The notes under the pieces were generated by a model. The model worked only from the letters and a program-made list of their open reading frames with translations, ran no database searches and was not told the DNA's origin. A stretch of 64,000 nt of DNA, taken from NCBI GenBank assembly GCA_010093605.1, contig MU004182.1, forward strand, positions 2,527,195 through 2,591,194, read 5' to 3'. Made by a program: the position numbers and the translations under genes. This document shows positions 48,222 to 62,270 of this stretch, piece by piece (positions within the stretch are counted from its first letter, which is position 1; each line of letters starts with the position of its first letter). The stretch comes from Lophium mytilinum (taxonomy: Eukaryota).

Positions 48222-50046
48222 TCACCCGCTTCCCGCCCTCCTCCTCCTACCCCGACTCCCACCCTCGAGCCGTTGAGCGAGGACTTCGCGTAATTGCGGG
48301 TCATCCTTATCTTTGTCGACGTGATGGACCCTTACGTGTCTGTAAAGTTAAGATTAGCGGTGTCCAAGCTGTCAACTCGGACGCTGAATCATACCGTTGC
48401 AGGTTGTCCGGCCGTGGATATTTGTGCTCTCGGTCAGGACAAAACGGACACACGTAGCCAGGCGAGGCGTGCACGAGACCATGCCGTATCATCTCGTTCT
48501 TTCGTTTGAAGCCCTTGCCACCCTCAGCTCTTGGGCACCCATGAACTGGACAGAAATGTGGGCGAGTTTGTGAGTGTACGTTTGCGTGGGAACTTGAGGT
48601 AAAGGGTCATTAGCTACCGTCTTTCGCATAATGACGTCGAACTCACTTTAATAGATATTGGGTCTGAAATGGAGGCGCAGTACACCCAGGATGGTCACAC
48701 TTGAACCCGCTGGCGCCATGTGGAGGTATGTGTTGAATATGTGGCCCCGTTGGAGGCGGTAACGTTCGGTGGTTATGGACGGCTTCATCAATGCTCATTC
48801 GATGGCCATGGTCCGTCGAGCTAGGGCTAAACGAATCGGAGCTGGGATAGCTGTCAGCCGTGGAGGCAGATAATGGCAGGTTCGTTCCATACGGTGGCCC
48901 ATAATCCGATGCCTGGGAAGGCCTGCGATTGTTGAAGAACTGGTGCGATTGGCCCGATCGCAGAAATAAGTCTTGCGAGGAGGAGATGTCACTGTGAGCG
49001 CTAATGGGAGATGTCGCACTGAGAGGTGGGAATGGGGTTGGCGGCGATCGTTGGGTGCTGCTGATAGAAAAATGTCGACTGGCTACCGGCGATTGACCTG
49101 TGGAAGAGAACGAATGGCGATGAGGATAGCCATTCGCCCTAGCCTCTAGCTGCTCGATACTGGCGGCCTCTGCAAGCTCGCTAAGCTGGCGGAACCCGGG
49201 CAGCTTCTGATTGTGATTGGGAGAACCGTTCGGTCCGTCCCGAGACGGCGAGCTTGGGTTTTGCAGTGCTGGCAGTGTCTGGCGGGGTGAACCCTTGGAC
49301 TGGGGAATCGTCAGCTCCCGGAGGTTTGGCGATGTTGCAAGCGAATCCTCGTGGGGGTCGCCGTTTGCAAGTGGCCTTAGGCGTTCCCCAGTCAGCTTCG
49401 GCGACGTGGCCTCGAAGTTGCAATCGGAGGCTGAGCCAGCCCCAGTCGCATGGACTTCGCCGCCATTCGTCAGCACGCCTGCAGACGGACACTTTGACGA
49501 TGCCGCATTTACTGATTCTGACCTAGGACGGAATGGGGGCTCGACAAACTCCCCGGAGCCGCCTTTTACGGGTTCGCGCCGTGGCGGGGATGTTCTCGTA
49601 TCCTTCGGCCCCCTCGCATCGGCCTGCAGCGCGGCTTGAGCTGTTCCGACCAAGAAGTCACGAACTCCCCGAGGACTCCCGGCTGGCTGATGAGCAGAGT
49701 CGGCCGGAGGAGAGTGGTTCACGACGTCCTCCATATCTTCTTCCTCGTCGGCCTCTGAGCCAGAATCCGAATTGAGAGCTCGTTCGCCGACCAGCCGGGC
49801 GATGTCTGGCCGGTTTGGGTCCATGAAACTGACCAAAACGGTGTCTCCCTGGCTCGGACGAGTCTTGCGCCGATTAGGTTTCTTACGCTTCTTCTGGGAG
49901 GAGGGACTGACGTTCTCAGGAGACGGTATTGTGTGGTTTTGCTGTGGGATGAACGGCGGCGGCGAGGGCGAAGGAGTAGCCTTGGGACGGATGGGTTTGA
50001 GACCAGGAGAACGTGGGAAAGCGTCGTCACTATCGTAATTGGACAT
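48222..50046 (-). CDS. C2H2 zinc-finger transcription factor (3 C-terminal fingers)
   Basis: FKCDHPGC...FQTQYLLNSHANVH, HFCPVHGC...FKRKNEMIRHGLVH and YVCPFC...YPRPDNLQRHVRVHH after removing introns at about 48645-48593 and 48394-48340. Confidence 0.9.
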
Positions 50047-51806
50047 TCGCCAGCGTGCTGGGAGGCGAGGCAAGCCTAGCCTCTGTGTGCGAGAAGAGGG
50101 ACGAAATAGTCAGGTCGACGGCCCAGGAACGGTGCTCAATGGAGTGCCGAAAATAAAAGCGCAAAGTCACACAGGGCCCCAGATGAAAGGAAGACGAGTT
50201 CAGCGCAGCTTGAGATGGCGTAAGACGGATTATCTGGCCTGCGTCAGAATTGCGCCCAGTGACTGCACCTCCGCTGAATGTCCAGCAGGATCACAACAGG
50301 AGTTTCAAACGGGGGTTGAATTAACGGAAAAGCTGTCGCTATCACTGGCACATGCAGAGGACGAGAATCGCAATCAAAAAAGCCTGTAGATTTGAAACAG
50401 CTGGTAATGCTGAGCCGCGCAGAGGGCTGACAGTGAGCCGCACAGCATGTACCACAGAACGACAGCGCGGACAGGGCTGGAAGCACTGAAATGGTAGAAT
50501 TTGAAACAGGAAACGAAACGAATGATAGCGAAAGTAGAATAACAGCAGCAGAAACAGCGAGAAAAGCGTGACACGGAGAAGAAGAAGCATGGTGTCGAGG
50601 AAACAGAGTGCGGCTGAGCATGGGAGGTATCATACCTGCAGCGGTTCCGAGCTTCAGCCTCAGCCTTAGAGCGTCGATGCGGCGATAGAGCGAAGGGTTC
50701 ACGACGTCGGGAGATGTGCTGAGGGCAGGCTATGATGCCAGGTCCACGTCCGTCGGATGGTGATGAGGCTGGGAATGGAGGGACTGCCAGCTTGCGTGCA
50801 GAGCCGCACTTGTGGGGGGGGTGTTGGTGTGGTCAGCCTATCGAGGGGGCTTCAGAGTTGGCCGTCAGGCCTGAGTGGCAGTGCAACACCCGAGAACGAC
50901 AGGCCGTCGCTGTGCTGCGACGTGTTGCAGCGGGTTGGGAGGAGACATGCATCCAGACAACATGAGGTACTGGGACCCTGCTTCCAAGGTGCTGATGGGA
51001 GCTTGGAGGCGCAGCCGGGCAGCTCGAGCCTCAAAGGTGCGGGGCAGCACTGAGCCGCGTGAATTCAGGGATCTAAAACCACGGTATAGTGCTACGCGTC
51101 TTTCCGAACGGGAGTATTACGATACAGAGATGACTGCAGTATCGAGATTCACGTAGGATCATATTTAAAAACAGTATGCCCTCGTGCCCCTCAAAGCCCT
51201 AAGATCAGGAGCACCTAGGGAGGATCAGAGGTACCGCGAACCATCCGACCGGGTAAGAGAGGAGCAGAGCTTAGTAATATCATGGTAACCAGCTTATTGC
51301 AGCCGTCCAATAAAATCCGGCCGGTCTGGTGAAAAGTACCATGGTAAAGAAACTATCACTATGCCCCCATATTACACCAATCGGGTTTACTGCAATCAAG
51401 CCGGCATACCGGCGGCCACGAGCACGAGCTTCCCCGCTGTCGCCGTGCGAGCCGCAAAGAGATGGAAGCGACACTTCTGTGACTCTACATGAATTGGAGA
51501 CCGAGCATGCTGTATCTACACGCCGTACATCACGAGGCCCGCCCGCCATGCCGTGTCGGCCCCCGCCAGCGCCGCCTCACTTCTGCTGCGACGCCGACCT
51601 GCCATACCTATCGTACACTCCGGCCGTCTAGTCTATTCTGAGCCTGCATAGAGAGCCACCACCCCACGGCCTCTGACGAAACGCGCTCTGACTGGTTGAT
51701 AGAGCAACAATGCACCCGCCGTATGCGATTCTGAAGACGTGCCCTACCCAATCCCATTTTACCCAAAGCCCTCCCGCATGTTGGCATCCTGCAACTGCTT
51801 CGCCCG

Positions 51807-54080
51807 TCACGCCACGCCTTTCCCGCCGAACCCCGGCATCCCGCTCCAGACTTTGCCTTGCGGGATCTTGGGCTTGCCAAAGTTCTCATCCAGGTCGAGG
51901 ATGATCTTGAGCGCGTTCCTGCTGCGGAGGTACGGCAGCGGTGCCTTGGCTTCGGTCAGCCCCACACCCGGCTCGACGTGCCCGCCAGGCCCCTCTTGGT
52001 TGTGCCCGGGCATCGGGAATGTTCGCTGCAGGAGCTCGTATGCCGCCAGCGTGAAGCCGAACTGCGGCGACGACCGCAGGATACGCGCCGGCCCGCCCTT
52101 GAAGAAGGCCTTGAAGCCCTCCTCCTTCCAGATTGTCGATGCCGCGTGTCGCAGTCCTGTGTAGCTCGTCTCGCCGACGCGTGCTTCCACTTGTAGCCGC
52201 GTTTTGATGACATCGCACGGCGTTGTCAAGTATGCGGCCGGCATACCAGCGATGGCACCAGCTGTCAGCATCTGGAGGATGCCTAGTGATTTTTGCGGCG
52301 TCTCGCCCATCCAATCTCTCTTAATGTGTGCGTATGTAGGGAAATATATGGCAGAAAATGGAACTAGGCGGCTTGTCAGACATAGTGATATAGCGAGATA
52401 TGGTCGTGAGCTTACCGTCGCGCAGTAAACACGCAGCTGCGCCCTTGTAGAGGCCCACCAGGCCCAGGTTCTTGATGATCCATATTGCCGATCGCTTGGG
52501 CACGCCCTCGAGTGTCTTTGAAACCTCGCCCTGGACCTGTAATCTAATCTTCACGATCTCGAGAGGGTTGGTAAAGATCTGGGACGGAGTAATTAGCTCA
52601 GGCCTGGCCCGCAACCTCGGTGTCGGTAGAACTCACCACTTGACAACCGCCGGCAGATCCACCCGCCAGCATTTCTGCCCAAAACTTAATGTCCCCATTT
52701 TCTGGGTTTGTGAACTTGCCTCGCACCAAATCGTTTACTGTCAGCTTGATAGCTTTTTCTGGGGCCACGCCGATGAGTTGCGGGAATACGCCCGAGTATA
52801 AGCCCTTGAAACCTTCGTTCTTGATCACTTTCCTAGCACAGTCCAGCGAGTTCTTATACAGCATCTCTCCAACTCTCGAGGCTCTCTGGTTCTGCATCCG
52901 CGTCTTGACCAAATCGATGGGATACACCATAAACGCACCAAACGCACCAGCCAAGCTCCCGAGACCAAAATGATGGACAGCTTCCAAGACATTGTGCAGG
53001 ACATTTTGTGTTGTCGAAAAGGCCTTCGCGCCCACATCGTTCAGTGCGCCTGCTGCTCCCGCACCAAGACCAAAGGCCGCGTTCCATGAGGGATCCAAGA
53101 CTCGCGCAAAATCTTTCAACCCAAGTCTTCCCGAGGGCTCATCCAGGCCAGCGAAATGGAAAAGAATGTCGGCCTCCATTGGCGTATAGAGATTGAATCG
53201 ACTTATTCGGGCCGCCTCGTTCAAGAAATCCGTCCGCGTGATCTTCCCGTCCGAGCTCTTGTTGGTCGCATTTCGGATGATCAGCTCCACCATATCCATT
53301 TGCGTGATCATGTTCTGGAAAGCACGGACGTTGGCATACGAGATCTTGCTACCGGCGGAGATGTTGCAGAGAGTGTGCAAATTCTCCAGAAGGTGATCTG
53401 ACAGCTTGTGGCTAGCAGTAGCTGATATTATCCTCTGGAAGTCTTCGGGCTCTATGTATCCATCCCTGTTCTTGTCGAAATGCAGGAAAGCCTGTCGCAC
53501 GCGCTCACCCTGCAGGCCTCGCAGCATTTGCGAGAACTGAGGGTAGGTCATCGTGTGCCGCTTGTCCTTTGCGCCAATGTACAGGGACGCCCACTCCGAG
53601 TTCCAGTCAAAGGGCAAGCTATCGGCGCCCTTGCTCTCATTGTAGACCTTCTGAAAGTTGTCGAAAATGACCAGGCCGGTGCCATCGGTGTCAAAAAGCC
53701 GAAACGCGATCTCATACTCGGCGTCGGGCTTCGCGAGGAGGTTGTCAAAGTTGCTCCAGTCCTGCAGCGTCACTCTACCTGTCCGCTTGCGGTCTGCGAC
53801 CTGGAAGAGAATGCCGTATTGCGAGCGCTTGATCTTATGCTGTAGGCAAGAGTGGGTCAGTAATGGGTTCTGTGGGCGGCGTTGGAGGGCAGGTATTCAC
53901 GTAATCTTCCGTCTCGGGAGCCACGGCGTTGATGAACTCATTCTCGCCCAAGTAGAGCTCGCCAGTCTCCTCGTCCTTGACAGCGTGCTCCAAGAAGGCA
54001 GCTCGCGTCTGCTGCGACAATTGGGGCTCCTGGGTGGTGCCCAGGAGAACCTCGCCAATTTGCTCCTTAACGGTGGTCAT
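51807..54080 (-). CDS. AGC1: Ca2+-binding mitochondrial aspartate/glutamate carrier (Aralar/citrin type)
   Basis: EF-hands ([21 protein letters not shown]) plus three carrier signatures ([30 protein letters not shown]); three introns. Confidence 0.95.
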
Positions 54081-55368
54081 GGCGATGGTCGCGCGCAGAA
54101 ATCAGTCGGCCAGCAGGGGCGACAGTGCTGGGTGAAGATGCTGGGGAGCTTCCTTTGGTGAAGATGCGGTCAGAAGGGAGAGTGGGCTTGAGGATGCGCC
54201 AGCGAGCTTCCAGAGTCCGCACGAAGCTCGGACAGAAATTTAATTATGGAAGCTAAAGCCGCTAATCGATAGGTAGCGCGTCGGACACCCGGGAAACGTG
54301 GAGAAGATGCAATTGGCAATGGTGGAGGTACGGACGAGCGGCGGCGCCCTGATCAGCTCAACGGTGCAGAGACGTATCATTTGACGCACAGTGCGTGCGG
54401 GCGAAGAACTAGAAGCGCTGTGTTTTCTTTTCCGTGGGTCCTCAGGTGGGCGCGCGCCTCACCGCCAAGCTCATCGCGGTCCCTCCCGGATTTACCCAAT
54501 CGTCAATTCCGAGCTGTCTTGCAACCAACCTTGCAACCTTGGAACGTGGTATAGATTGCGGGCACTCAACACGCGCGCTGGCCTGCCTATTATCTCCAGC
54601 GCCTGTCTGCCGGGATCCGCCGCGGCTCTCGCTGACCGTCCTGTCAGATTCGTCGCTCGTCCCCGCCAGTTGATGTTGCTTGAGAAAGTGACTCGTTTTG
54701 AGGTCTATTCTAGCGGCTTGTGCCGAGCAGCCTCAGGAGTGGAGACCAGGACCCCCATGGTTCGATCAAACAAATGCCGCTCTGCGCGCTGCATCGACAC
54801 AGCATGAGGCTGGTCCATCTGGCATGCCGGCCCTTGCACACAGAGTGGAGTTGAGCAAGCCACGGCGATTATATAGACCTATGCATGCTTCGAGTGTCTT
54901 TACACGCTACGCCGTATAGATGGCCTAATACAGTATAACTCGGGAAGTCTTGCCTGATTCGCGGACGCTATATGGGGATGGTGCTGCTAAGAGTTTAAAA
55001 CCACCAAGTAACTTGTCCATGCGAAAACTACACCTGGGCAGCATCCATGGATAGGCACATAAGCTGACAGTAGTCGAGAGGGCGCTAGCGCACCTCTTCT
55101 GCGTGATTATTGAAGAAGAGAGAGTCCAGACGAGATTGTCTTAATTCACTATCCACCCACAGGCCACAATGGCCAACTACTCTCATCAGCAATTGCAAAA
55201 ATGCCCCTACGCCCGCTCCAACCCATCTAATTCCATCCTGCAAGTCCAGTACGCCGACAAGGAACTAACCAGAGCAGAGCAGAGACTGGAGTAGAGCAAT
55301 ATGCCAAAGAGATCACCCATGAATGCCCGCAAATCTCAAACTACGCCAAAAAGGCACTCACCCCTCAC

Positions 55369-58300
55369 TCACACCCGATCTTCTGCAAAATCCAGCACCT
55401 CGCAGTCATCTTCGAAGAAACCTTCTTCTCCCTCCTCGCCCTCGCCGCGGCGAATACGCCGGCGCCGTGTCGTGACAACAACCTGCTCCACTTCCTCTTC
55501 CCCATCCCTCATCACGAGCTTGTTCTGCACCGCTGCCGCGACCGCGCCTTCATCACCATCTCCACCTTCGCCCTCGCCGATGTCGTAAAGCTGTTGCGCA
55601 GGCGTAGAGATGCGCACAGCGTCGACTTCATCTCCGAACACCCACGCATTCCCGTCATCTACGTGCAAATTCTGCGTCGAAGACTGCATGGGAGAAATGG
55701 GTGGTTGGTCCCACTCGCTGTAGCTGTGATGTTGATGCTCGTCCTGCGGGGCCGACCTTGCGAATAGGAACCGTGCAACGCGACGGTCGGTGTAGAACGG
55801 TTGATAGGGCGGGTTCGTCTCGATCTCCGCTAGGCTGAGGGGTGCAGCTGCGGGAGCTTTCTTCCCGCCTGCCATGCTCGCGATACCTCCTCTACCGCGA
55901 CGGTTCGGTAACGAGCGGGGGATCCACTCGCCATGAATGTCCATATCACGTGGGGGCCCCAGCTCGTGCGGTCTCTCTTCGTCTGGTTGCAGCAGAGCAA
56001 TGACAGCGGGTGAGAACACAGAACCGCGCACAGGCGTGAGGCCAAACTCGACGATCTTGCGTTTCGAGATGGCGGTTGCATTTTTGCTCTTGCCCTTGCC
56101 CGTCGCCGGGCGCATTTGGATCTTGTAGATCTGAAGAATACCACCTGCAACGAGCGCGATGGAACCACGGCCTTTCCCTGTCAACCATCGCACGCTGCCA
56201 GGCTTGACACCAGATTGTGAAGGTGGTAGGGTGAGCTTATTGTCGCCTGCGTGGCGGATGTTGCTTGTTGCCGCGCCAATAGACTTCCCGAGTCCAGCTG
56301 CTACTGCCTTGCCGCTCTTCGCGCCAGCTGCAGGGGCCAGACCAAGGCTACTAAAAGACGGGAAGCGTGAACCGTTACTGCTCACACTACGAGTACGAAC
56401 GGCGTTCAGGAAGGGCTTTGCAGTGCCGTTGAGGGCTTGCATAGCCGAGTTGACCGCGCTAGAGCGAGCGGTAGTAGAGTTGATACTTTCATCAGGTTTG
56501 GGTTTAGTAGCGCCGTCTGACTTCCTGATACGGCGAGAAGGTGGCCATTGGAAAGCGGACGCCGGCATAAGGAACATATGGACTGTACCTTTGTCTGTGA
56601 TCACAGCTAAGCGATTGGCACGTGGTGTAGACCAGACGACGTCGATCACGTTTGTGATAGTCATGCGTGCAAATCGGGCGACCTGGCGGACGTGGGGGCC
56701 AGAGGAGATCTCTCTTGATGACTTGCGAGCTTTCCGGTGATTCATACGCTTCAGATCCCAGACGTCCTGGAAGTCTCCTTTCTTGCTGACAGTCATGAGC
56801 ATTAGTCCACTGGGAGAGAAGGACAAGAAACTGCATCCCAAAGCTGCAGGCAAAGTGGCCACAGGGTGAAGAGCGCTCTTGTTCTTCGACTCTTCCGTCT
56901 CGACCAGCTTCTGGAGGTCAAGTATAGATATGACTGTAGACTCCGGTCTCGGTTGAGCTTGATGATGTCCGTGGGTTGGGGGAAAGTAAGGCTGATGTGG
57001 TTGTATGAATGGATCTGTGCCATAGTTTCCATTGGACGTTCCATTTGGCGGCGCTGATTTGCCCATGTAGCTCTTGAAAGCCTGGATGCCCCTATCCGTA
57101 GCCCACCGTGCGCCTTTGAGAGCAACCTGTGTCCCTTCTCTCGTCAGTCGATTCAGTAAGCCATCTGGTTCCGGAGCATCGACTGCACATGTCGGCGCAG
57201 GCTGGGGCGGAACAGAGTGATGAGCTAAGCCTGGAGGCCGTTCGTGTGACTTTGATGTTAATGCAACACCATCGATTGGGAGGAGTGTTGTTGATGAAGG
57301 AGGCGCAACAGCTAGCCAGCGATCACTAAGGGAGAATAGAGGCACGCCATATTGCTCAAGTACCTGCTCTTCGTGACTGTTCACATCGGCTGCGCTTGAT
57401 GAACTAGAGTGCGATCCACGATCACGGAACTGAACTGAAGTCCAAACTTTCCCAAGGCACCGGAATGTACCAAGGGGCTCGGTGTTGACTCTAGTGTAGG
57501 GAGCGAATACGAAGACTTCTCCGCTAGCTCCAGAAGCTAAGACGACAAACTTGCCCTTTGCATCAACCACGAAGTCGCCTATGGGAGGTGGGGGTTGGAA
57601 CATTGGACTGTCGATTGAATCTGTTATGGGCACGGGAGGACTTGTATACAGGGTCGAGACGTGCTTCCTTTCTTTCAAGGAATACACCTCAAGAGTGGTC
57701 CGGTAGCTTGATATCGAGTTCACAGGGTTGTTGCCGCTATTGGATGCTGGCCTGCTAGGGGAGTTGGACGAGCCGTCGTGTTCATCTGTGACGGCAACCG
57801 AGTTGGACGCACTTCCCACACTAGCGTCGTCGATAGCCGGACCGTGGATGATGAGGGCTATGAGAGGTCTTCGAGAGGCTAGCGGATCTCTTCTTGATGC
57901 CCACGGAAGTATTTTCGCGCCAATCACACTCCCCTTCAAGCCTTCAAGTCGGCCGACCAGGTCCATCCTTCCCTTCTCCACTCGGAAGACCTCGAGGCCA
58001 CCCTCGTAACCAACCAGGAGTACGTTCTCAGCTACCTGTGATGCGTCATCTCCACCCATGCAGATAGTGTCGAACCCACAGATGTACCCATGCTCTCCTG
58101 GTATAGTACCCTCAGCAAGAGGTGGAACTAAGCCCAGGTCGAAATCAGGCAAATTATAATAGTGAGCCTGTGGCTGATGGGGAAGAGGCGGGTTGTTCTG
58201 GAATGTAGTCCGGGGGCCGTACTGTGAGTACATGGAAGCTCGCCTATCTCTCCCGGGTGACTGCTTGGGAGAAGGCTGCAGCCGCCCGCCGAAACTGAGG

Positions 58301-59031
58301 TAGTGGTTCGGGTGGCTCAGGGGCCTCATCCCGGGTGCAGGAGGCGAGCTTGACATGCCTCCCTGTCCTGCAGGAGAATGATGGATCGGAGGTGATCCAC
58401 TGATACTGATGCCGTTGGTTTGAGGTGGTTGATTGGCAAAGAAGGGTAAAGACTTTGTCCACTCGCTTGTGTATTGTGCCGCAGTGTTGGTAGTCGTGCC
58501 CAGAGCCGACAGTAGTGGGGAAGTTGTAGCATTATAGGGAGGCTGCGTTGGGGGTGATCCGGTTGGGTATCGTGAGGGCGGGGATTTGGTTCTAGAAAGA
58601 GCAACGTTAGTCACAGACTGTCATGAAAAAGGGCGCTTCGTGTGTAAAGACTCATATGCCGCGCACGGGTAAGCCGCCTTGGACGCCCCCTTCTAGAACG
58701 AGTAGACGAAGGTTTCTGGTCTCTTTCGCGTTCCTGTACAGGAAGCGCGAAAGCTACGAGAACGCTCGATGTATCATGGCCAGTGTTTACGGCACCCGCC
58801 TACCGCGCAGTATCGGTACAAGGAGATGTCTACTCACAACTCTCGTGGGTATATGCGTGTGACGCGCTCCCCGTACCTATCTTTTCTTCCCAACTCATAT
58901 CTCGAGATGTTCCGGCCGCGCGACTGCAAGTGCTCCAGGGCTTTGGGGCGGTTCCGCTGCTGCTGGTAGAGATAGCCGGCGTTTAGATAGGGGTGGGTAA
59001 GGTCGGCAGCGTGGTCGGGCGAAGGGCTCAT
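55369..59031 (-). CDS. BCAS3-like WD40/beta-propeller protein (autophagy-related, Atg18-like fold)
   Basis: VLLVGYEGGLEVF, FLSFSPSGLMLMTVSKKGD, RLAVITDKGTVHMF and AEIETNPPYQPF. Exon 1 from ATG 59031 joins through a long intron ending at 58592; the 5' structure is less certain. Confidence 0.78.
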
Positions 59032-60089
59032 TCAAATGGTATTTTGGCGCTGGCGGGCTGGCACTCGTCTGCGCGCGGTTCGAGAGATATGGAGGTTGAA
59101 GGTTGTTTGCGGTGCTTGGGCGGGATCGGCTAGAGGGGTGAGAGGGAGGATCTCAAACAAGGCGATGCGTCACAAAGCCGATGACCACGGCCTCGTGTAC
59201 GTGAATGGCTCGTGCCGGACAGCTTGGGAAGAATGCTCTGCGAATACGTTTCACGCCCTTTGCTGGTGCCTGCTGCTGCTACAGAGTCGCCGGCGTCGGT
59301 TGCTGGACGGAGCAGCGACAGCGGTGACAAGAGACAGCGGGCGGGGCGAAGGCGGGGAGCTTTGGGTGGCTGGAGCTGGCGCTGATATAGGGACGTTGGC
59401 TAGTTGGGGGGTGCGATCGAGGGGGGGAGCACGGTGTTATCTCTATGCAGCTTGCGGTGGGTCGGAGGAAGTGTTGGGACTCGTTTGCGGCCAGGGGGAG
59501 TATCTAGATATCGAGTACAGTGTTGGGGATGGAGGGGGAGGGGAGCTCATGCAGCCAAGGGACCAGCTCTGAGGCCGCAGGTGGGATAGCCGGTACCGCC
59601 TCTCGGAGTGCTATTTCAGGGAGACGGCAATATAACAACAATGGCCTAGATGCAAGCACTTCATCCACCATCTCCAACAGAACATGTATACTGTACCAGA
59701 CTTTGCAGCATCACGTGATGACAGCCTCGATGCGACTAGCGCCTCCTTACGCACCCTTCACGGTCACCTGCAAGCGGCCTTCTGCCCGTCTTACCTGTGA
59801 CCACCAGTCACGCATCACCTCCACGCGCGTGGCCGGTACGAGAGTGACCTAAGGAGCCATCTACGTAATGTTCAGCCACCTGCAGCCCGGAGGTACGTAT
59901 ACCTGGTACTGTTGCTACGTCTCCGTCTTCATCTTGCCAGCTGGCCATTGCACGAGTTCTACCAGAACGCTCCAGCTCTATTGGTAATAGTCTTGAAACA
60001 AAACAGCCTTGAAGCAATTCCATCCTCATTCAATTTCATAGCTGCGTCTCTCTATGTTATAAGCCTACCACCTCGAAAGTGCTTTCGTC

Positions 60090-61585
60090 TCAACTCTGTA
60101 AGCGGGCAGCCAGCATCGTACATACACTTCCTTCCGGCTGGTTGACCTCTTCAATCTTCAACTTCGGGTCTGCCTTAAAGAACAACTCCTGCCAGTCATC
60201 CAATGTCCTCTCATGGCTCCCCAGTACTGTCAGCATTTGCATATCAAGCCTCCTGATCGACTTTAATACCGTCTTCGGCAGGTGAGGTGCAACCTCCGGA
60301 GGTGGGATCACGCTCTCAGCCAGTACGATGCGGCCTCCTTTCTTCAGTTTGCCGCTTGTAAGCAGGGTCTGAAGGATCTTGACGCAGTGCGCATCGTTCC
60401 AATCGTGGAAGATGTAGCGCAGGAAGTAAGCATCGACAGACTCGGCTTCTAGCCACTCGGGCTGTGGTGCGAAGAAGTTGGCAGGCTTGAAGTCTAAACG
60501 GCCCGAGGAGATGAGGCTCGACTGGTTGACTTGGGCTTCAGCCAATGCTTGCTCAGACTGCCCAGGCAGATCTTGGACAACGAGTCGAAGCGAAGGATTG
60601 GCTTCCGCGATGGCAATGCTAATGTGGCCAGGACCACCACCGACCTAACGATAGCTGTCAGTTCTCTTAACTCAAGGACCTCGCCATGCATCTTCGCCCT
60701 CATAGATGGCATGTTCATATACTCACATCAACTACAAGTCCGTTCTCCGGAAGACTTCCCCAATCAAACCCGTTCACAACATGTTTCGGCAAAAACCCTT
60801 CGCCAGCACTCCAAAACTGCATCGAGCCCGCAAATTTCGCCATTCTCCCGCTCGCCTCGCTTTCGTCACTCGCATACCACTCAAACATGCCTTTATCAGT
60901 TCCGTAGGCCAACTGCAAGCCTGTATGATTCGGTGCTTCGGCACTTGGCCACTTCCGCATCGCATCAGCCGTCTTTGCGGCTGCGGGAAAGACCTCATCC
61001 GCGTTGTTAGCAACAAACGCACGCGCGAGGGGTTCTTTTAGCAGCAGCAGCGATGAAGCAGTATGAGCGACATGGCCTGGCGTAGGCTCGCAAAATATGC
61101 CTTGCGTCATAGCATATCGCAGAATCGTTTTGACGAACCCAACGGCCAGAGGAGGGTTAGTTTTGCTAGCGATCTGCTCGAAAGTAGCACTTCCAGAGTG
61201 CGGAACGTTGGCGTAGAGCTCGAAAGAGGAGATGGCGCGCATCGCGGAGCTGGTGTGATGCTTCTGGCGTGTCAGCCTTCATTTCAGAGGCGTGGATGTG
61301 GAAGTAGAGATTAATCAGGAGTGCGCATACGCCTGCCCATGAACGCTCGACGAGCAAATCTCGACCTCCCATCACGTTCTCGCTCAGAGTCTCGGATAGG
61401 TCCAGGATAATTTGACGAGCTGCATGGACGTTCTTCTCCGAGGGAGGCACGGGGAAGTCTGGATTTGCACCCGCGCTGATAGATAGAGGGTCGAGTTTAT
61501 GCTCTTCGAGATATGCATCTATGACCTTTGCTGACTCGAGGAGCTGCGTCACGATCGCAGTGAGGGACTGCGGTGCAGAAGCCAT
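60090..61585 (-). CDS. SAM-dependent O-methyltransferase (fungal secondary-metabolism type)
   Basis: VVD|VGGGPGH SAM motif across intron 60725-60645; LVVQDL; YFLRYIFHDW catalytic motif; winged-helix N-terminus; first intron starts at 61330. Confidence 0.93.
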
Positions 61586-62270
61586 GATGTTGAAATTCAA
61601 GATTTTACTAAAGTTGGAAAGGCTGAAGAATCAACTCTTAGGTTTCAGGGCGTCGTCCAAGGTATAAGTACACAAGGTAGCAGTCAGCCTAGATGTTAGT
61701 TTAGAATGGCTTCAGCTTAGGCTCTACCCGAAGTTTCGGACCCCAACGGCAGATGCCCAACCCTGTGGTTCCATTCTAATTAGGTGAGCAAATCCACAGG
61801 CGGAGCCAATACGATTCCTTCTAACCTTGTAACATAATACTGCAGTAGTCCTCCGGTGAACACGACAGCAAGCAACCATTCGCCAGTATTTCGTATCAGG
61901 TAACGATCCATGAAAGTGGCTCATTGCCTTCAAACAGGTTAGTGATTATGCGACTTACTCGATAAACCAAGGGCGAAGCCAAAACGTAATCGCCGACGTA
62001 GTTAAAGTAAGTTGTTCTAGTTGCCTCGAGTAGCATCTCGCACCCGAAACCCATGAGCCATATAATAGCATACGATTATTATAGACAAACTAAGCTATTG
62101 AGCGCGAGCTAAGTCCAGGCAGCAAACTTTATAATAACGTCAAGAGGTACAAGGTAAAATAGGCAGCAGTGGCTGTCAAGCCTACCAGAAAGCGTACGTC
62201 CTTCCGTTTAATCGCAAGCGCTGCAGTCCCATGTCTAACGATTCTTCATTGCCGTAGTATATTCTCTATC

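Noticed and set aside
51118..51146. ACGATACAGAGA resembling the U6 snRNA core
   Set aside because: Only about 12 nt match; the AGC-triad context, internal stem-loop and T-run terminator are absent.
50047..51806. Many short ORFs between the C2H2 transcription factor and AGC1
   Set aside because: No coherent frame or domain; consistent with a long promoter/5' UTR (a UTR intron acceptor is visible near 50083).
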